IMG/VR virus record: IMGVR_UViG_3300033153_006255
Source of the DNA: an uncultured virus (IMG/VR IMGVR_UViG_3300033153_006255)
Taxonomy: Duplodnaviria; Heunggongvirae; Uroviricota; Caudoviricetes
Reading direction: 5' to 3' (one strand)
DNA length: 20,000 nucleotides
Part shown: positions 16,533-20,000 of the stretch, piece by piece
Numbering within the stretch: position 1 is the stretch's first letter
Layout of the letters: each line of letters starts with the position of its first letter
Position numbers and translations under genes: made by a program
Notes under the pieces: model-generated
Database searches by the model: none
Seen by the model: the letters and a program-made list of their open reading frames with translations, nothing else
What the model was told of the DNA's origin: nothing

Positions 16533-16756
16533 TACTTCTTTTCTTCTTTTTTAGCAGGCTCAACCGTTGCTGGTTTAGGCGCTACTTGTTTTTGCCTATT
16601 GGCTATTTCTTGATTCAAAACTTGTAAATTGTTACGTGCTATTTCTATTTTTACGCCCTCATCGTACGCCATAGCCTTTAAGTTATTTACTGATAAATCC
16701 TTTAACGTAACTGATTCTTTTTTTACTGCTGCATCTTTTTTTACTTCGTCTGCCAT
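16532..16756 (-). CDS. Small coiled-coil protein (fibre-associated/chaperone-like)
   Basis: 74 aa; 'LKAMAYD...IARNNLQVLNQEIANRQ' heptad pattern; GGGGG RBS. Confidence 0.7.
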   Translation of the reverse strand: MADEVKKDAAVKKESVTLKDLSVNNLKAMAYDEGVKIEIARNNLQVLNQEIANRQKQVAPKPATVEPAKKEEKK

Positions 16757-16776
16757 TTTTCCCCCACGGTTTTTGG

Positions 16777-17064
16777 TTAAGCTACTATTCCATTATCTTC
16801 TGCTATTTGTGCTTCTTGGTTAGCCTTCATCTGTAAACCCCGTTTGATATCCCTTACTATGTTTCTGCGTATCTTTTCTCTTACCCATTGGGCGTTGGTA
16901 TATTTTGCTATCTGTGGTGCTACCTTTTCATCAGGATTAGGGTCTGGTTTTACCCATTCAGGGTCTGGTATTGTCTCATTATTAGGATATATTTTCAAGA
17001 ACCCCTCTAACGCTACTGCTACTTTTGCATCTGGTATTGTAAACGTTAACACTTGGTCTGCCAT
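16777..17064 (-). CDS. Hypothetical protein downstream of the fibre gene
   Basis: 95 aa, RBS AAAGGAG, Pro/Asp-rich loop 'IPDPEWVKPDPNPD'. Confidence 0.75.
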   Translation of the reverse strand: MADQVLTFTIPDAKVAVALEGFLKIYPNNETIPDPEWVKPDPNPDEKVAPQIAKYTNAQWVREKIRRNIVRDIKRGLQMKANQEAQIAEDNGIVA

Positions 17065-17085
17065 TTTTTCTCCTTTAGTTTTTAT

Positions 17086-17196
17086 TTATCTTCTTCTCCC
17101 CCTACCAATCTTCCTTGTAGTTGAACATCCGCCCCTACCTCTATTTGCCCTGCGCCCTCTACCGCTACCATTTCTTTTTGGAATTCCTCTTGCCAT
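17086..17196 (-). CDS. 36-aa Arg/Gly-rich protamine-like peptide
   Basis: Not in ORF track. MARGIPKRNGSGRGRRANRGRGGCSTTRKIGRGRRR*; strong RBS AAAAGGAGG; TGATG overlap with the upstream ORF. Confidence 0.75.
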   Translation of the reverse strand: MARGIPKRNGSGRGRRANRGRGGCSTTRKIGRGRRR

Positions 17197-17327
17197 CACT
17201 TCTTCCTCCTTTTAAGTTCTTTTGCAATATCACTACTACATCTTTCTATATTAACGCAAGTCCAACCCTTTGGTATGAAAGCTGTCTTGAACTCACAGTT
17301 ACTTCGGCTTTGTATTGTTTCTTTCAT
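17196..17327 (-). CDS. 43-aa hypothetical protein
   Basis: Not in ORF track. MKETIQSRSNCEFKTAFIPKGWTCVNIERCSSDIAKELKRRKK*; tandem AGGAGC-AGGAGC RBS; its stop overlaps the next ATG. Confidence 0.55.
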   Translation of the reverse strand: MKETIQSRSNCEFKTAFIPKGWTCVNIERCSSDIAKELKRRKK

Positions 17328-17372
17328 TATGCTCCTGCTCCTGTTTTCCCTACTTTACCATAACGTTGCTTC

Positions 17373-20000
17373 TTAGCTTGCTACACCTAACTTATTTGAA
17401 GTGTAATTAAAACAAACTCCGTGCAGTTCTGCTGTGTCTGTTAAATCATCACTTCCATCAGCTCCTAATCTTTTTAATCTACAGTGAACACAAATATCAG
17501 TCGCATCTGGAACATCTATTCCTGTAATTTCTGCAACAATCAATCCATTTGCCTGTGCTATTGCATTGGAATTAACTGTTAAAGTCTCTTGTGCTGCAGC
17601 AGTTGTATCTTCTCCGGAAGCCATCCAAAGATATTCAAGTTGCCAAACAACTGTTTCATCTGTTGCTGTTGTATTTGTAGACCATCCAATTTTTAATGTT
17701 GGAGCTACGCTTCTATCCATATCTTGAGGCACTTCAGCAAGAAAAACAATAGTATCATCTGTTCCATCAGAAAAACTCCATGCTCCTGATATTCCATGGT
17801 CTATATAATCAGCTGGTTTGGTTCCCGGAGCCTTTAATACTTCAAAAGGAAGCCATAAAGATTTTTTAACTCTCGCTGTTCCGTGTAGGTTTATCTCTCC
17901 ATCTGATTTTATTTCTGTGTAGTTTGTAGTTCCACCATCTCCCGCTTTAACTGTATTGTCAAAAGTATAAGCATCAAAATTAGTAAAGTGTATCTCATCA
18001 TTAGCGGTTACATTCTCGGAGTTGAATATCCAATCTTCGCCGTCAAAGTAGGTTGAAACATCTTTCCCTGTGCCTAAAGATAAGGGCATATCATCTGCTT
18101 TAAGATGCAAACCACCATCTGCTTGCTGAAGCCTGAAAGTATCAGTAGCAATATCAAAATCAAGATATGCATTAACAGAATTGTCTGTGTCAGCAAAATA
18201 CAACTGCGGAGCAGTATCATTCAAAATATATAATCTATCATATACACCGCCCAAACCAATTCCGAAGTTATCATTGAAATTCATCATAACCATACTAATC
18301 ATTCCGCCAAGAAGCTTATACTCAAATTCCACATTGGCAGTTGGAACAGCAGAGTTTGGTATGATTTTAACTCCACCTGTAAATTCGTGAAGTCCTGATG
18401 AAAAATATTCTAAATTAGTCCCGCCGAATTGGAGATAACTATCAGTTGCACCTGCTGCACCGAGAGCAAGTTTTTGGTCATCATTGGGCATAACAACATC
18501 ATAAGTATTTGCTCTATCAAATATCATTATAGTAGGAGAGCCTGTCACACTTGATGTTCCTGTCAATTTTAGTAATTCACTATCTCCTTCGTCAATTCCC
18601 ATAGAATATTTTGTAGAAGTTTCAGACATCCAAGATAAAACAGCATCTCCAGAGGCGTGAAGATTATTTATTGCAAATCTAAAATCATCTGCTTGGTTAC
18701 CTTCAAAAACAAATAACTCGCCATTATTCTCGCTTCTTCTATACATACTAATATCTCTTACACTTGCTCCATCTCCCCATTCAAACTCACCACTTGCTCT
18801 TAAAACAAATCTATCATATGTATCGGCATTTACACCTCCACCAAATAAAGAGTGAGATGAAGAATCACCATATAATCTAAAGAACTCTCTGCCTGGGTTT
18901 GCACCAGAACCCTCAAACTTCATAAATCCTGATATATAACCACCACCAGCATCAAACTCTGTGCCTGAGTGTTCAGTGGTTGCACCTGTTCTATCTGAGA
19001 GCTTTATTATGTTTCCTTTTTGGTTATCGGCATTATATGCAGGCGATAGGTCTAATAGTCCTGTTGTATCTGAACCGATTGTAACTGTGCCTGTTGTAGT
19101 AAGGTCACCGCCACAATACCAATTATTACCCGCATCATATATTCCCCACTTAGTTGTTCCTACTGTAAGGGCATCTATTTTAAGTGCCGTAGCGGTGTCT
19201 ACGGTCATATTGCAAGTGCCTGACATTACACCTAAGTGTGCCCAGTTAAGGTCAGTAACTGTGCCTGTTGCACCTGCGTCAAATTCAACCCTGTTAAATT
19301 GAACATTTACATCAGAATAAGTTGCATCTGCTGCATCGTGGAAATTCACTCTATTTCTTAATGCTGCACCTTTTCCCGATAAGTTTTTATTTGAGCGAAT
19401 ATTTAATAAATTATTAAAAGAGCCATATTCTTGTGCCCTGTCTGCTGTTAAACCATATATGTATAATTGGTTTGCCATAGTATAGATGTCTGTGGCTGGA
19501 TTTTGTGAGTTCCATATCAAATTATTAACCTGCTGTCTTAAATAAGTTGCTCCAAAACCCTTGCCATCATTATCTATTCCTTCGGCTGTGTCTAAGATAT
19601 GAAATGAATCCTTAACTAATGCTGTATTACCACTATCATCTAAGTCTATTTGAAAATATGTTACTTCATCTCCAAAACCAAATTTAATTTTTCTTAGGGT
19701 TGCTCCTGAACTTTCTTTCTCGCCGATAAAAAGGCTTGTTGGGCCTGTGCCTGAGCCTACGTGGTCTGTCTTAATGTATGCACTTGCCCCATCTATATCC
19801 ATTATAAATCTTCCACCATTTGAAATGTCTGAATCATTACGAATTTGAAAACCTGCTTTGTCTTCGGTTCCACTTGGCATAACAAAGAAGTTCATAACAT
19901 TATTTCCACTCTCGGGTTGTATAAATAGTCTTGAATAAATGCTGGCAACATCACCATCTATAAATGGTCTTCCTGCCTCTGTGCCTAAATAAATACCACT
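17373..20000 (-). CDS. Large acidic Gly/Thr/Asp-rich fibre/spike-like virion protein (5' end outside window)
   Basis: The frame stays open from 19895 to 20000 (SGIYLGTEAGRPF...NNVM), so the protein is at least 875 aa. Beta-turn-rich; repeated 'DD..L.LG...D...F.G' units; distinct C-terminal beta-sandwich-like domain from 'GDGGTTNY'. Confidence 0.72.
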   Translation of the reverse strand, partial: SGIYLGTEAGRPFIDGDVASIYSRLFIQPESGNNVMNFFVMPSGTEDKAGFQIRNDSDISNGGRFIMDIDGASAYIKTDHVGSGTGPTSLFIGEKESSGATLRKIKFGFGDEVTYFQIDLDDSGNTALVKDSFHILDTAEGIDNDGKGFGATYLRQQVNNLIWNSQNPATDIYTMANQLYIYGLTADRAQEYGSFNNLLNIRSNKNLSGKGAALRNRVNFHDAADATYSDVNVQFNRVEFDAGATGTVTDLNWAHLGVMSGTCNMTVDTATALKIDALTVGTTKWGIYDAGNNWYCGGDLTTTGTVTIGSDTTGLLDLSPAYNADNQKGNIIKLSDRTGATTEHSGTEFDAGGGYISGFMKFEGSGANPGREFFRLYGDSSSHSLFGGGVNADTYDRFVLRASGEFEWGDGASVRDISMYRRSENNGELFVFEGNQADDFRFAINNLHASGDAVLSWMSETSTKYSMGIDEGDSELLKLTGTSSVTGSPTIMIFDRANTYDVVMPNDDQKLALGAAGATDSYLQFGGTNLEYFSSGLHEFTGGVKIIPNSAVPTANVEFEYKLLGGMISMVMMNFNDNFGIGLGGVYDRLYILNDTAPQLYFADTDNSVNAYLDFDIATDTFRLQQADGGLHLKADDMPLSLGTGKDVSTYFDGEDWIFNSENVTANDEIHFTNFDAYTFDNTVKAGDGGTTNYTEIKSDGEINLHGTARVKKSLWLPFEVLKAPGTKPADYIDHGISGAWSFSDGTDDTIVFLAEVPQDMDRSVAPTLKIGWSTNTTATDETVVWQLEYLWMASGEDTTAAAQETLTVNSNAIAQANGLIVAEITGIDVPDATDICVHCRLKRLGADGSDDLTDTAELHGVCFNYTSNKLGVAS

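Larger units (their letters stand above)
1..20000 (-). mobile_element. Tailed bacteriophage/prophage late-gene (morphogenesis plus glycan-modification) region
   Basis: Mu gp36-like, gpG-like and tail-terminator-like genes at 198-1661, a fibre-like gene at the right end, a holin-like gene, dense unidirectional overlapping ORFs and no core housekeeping genes. No integrase or att site is visible, so phage versus prophage cannot be decided. Confidence 0.88.

Noticed and set aside
17327..17380. Short open +1 frame (QAKKQRYGKVGKTGAGA*) overlapping the fibre stop and ending in TAATG; possible frameshift extension or relic gene end
   Set aside because: Only 17 codons, bounded upstream by TAG, with no start codon or slippery sequence.
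84..19302. All plus-strand ORFs in the track (e.g. 84-386, 3065-3436, 7927-8226, 16844-17215, 18961-19302)
   Set aside because: They lie antisense to well-supported coupled minus-strand genes and show no recognisable motifs; they are shadow ORFs.
1..20000. Alternative genetic code, CRISPR array, rRNA/tRNA, DGR or IS element
   Set aside because: TAA, TAG and TGA all end genes cleanly at junctions; no repeat-spacer array, RNA gene, reverse transcriptase or transposase motif was seen by eye.

Overview
AT-rich segment of a tailed (Caudoviricetes-like) phage or prophage. Every credible gene is on the minus strand and most are coupled by ATGA/TAATG/TGATG overlaps, consistent with one long late operon. 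In transcription order (right to left): a large acidic fibre/spike-like protein truncated by the window edge; five small proteins, including an unannotated 36-aa Arg/Gly protamine-like peptide; a GC-rich structured leader; a ~14 kb glycan-building island; then Mu gp36-like connector, Mu gpG-like and tail-terminator-like neck genes; and the start of a Myb/HTH-type protein at the left edge. The island holds a 1077-aa triple-GT4 protein, two more GT-B proteins, a DxD GT-A, a TagF/KpsS-like transferase, seven SAM-fold proteins (one a CmoA homologue lacking the Arg199 equivalent), a stand-alone NrdD-type glycyl-radical domain, a HIT protein, membrane/holin-like genes and an HddC/HddA-like nucleotidyltransferase-kinase pair. 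The best candidate for a new system is a phage-encoded pathway making a heavily methylated, possibly heptose-containing glycan, embedded in the morphogenesis module. It is preceded by a three-way-junction RNA whose loop is complementary to the ribosome-binding site of the first glycosyltransferase. All assignments come from motif recognition by eye; no searches were run.
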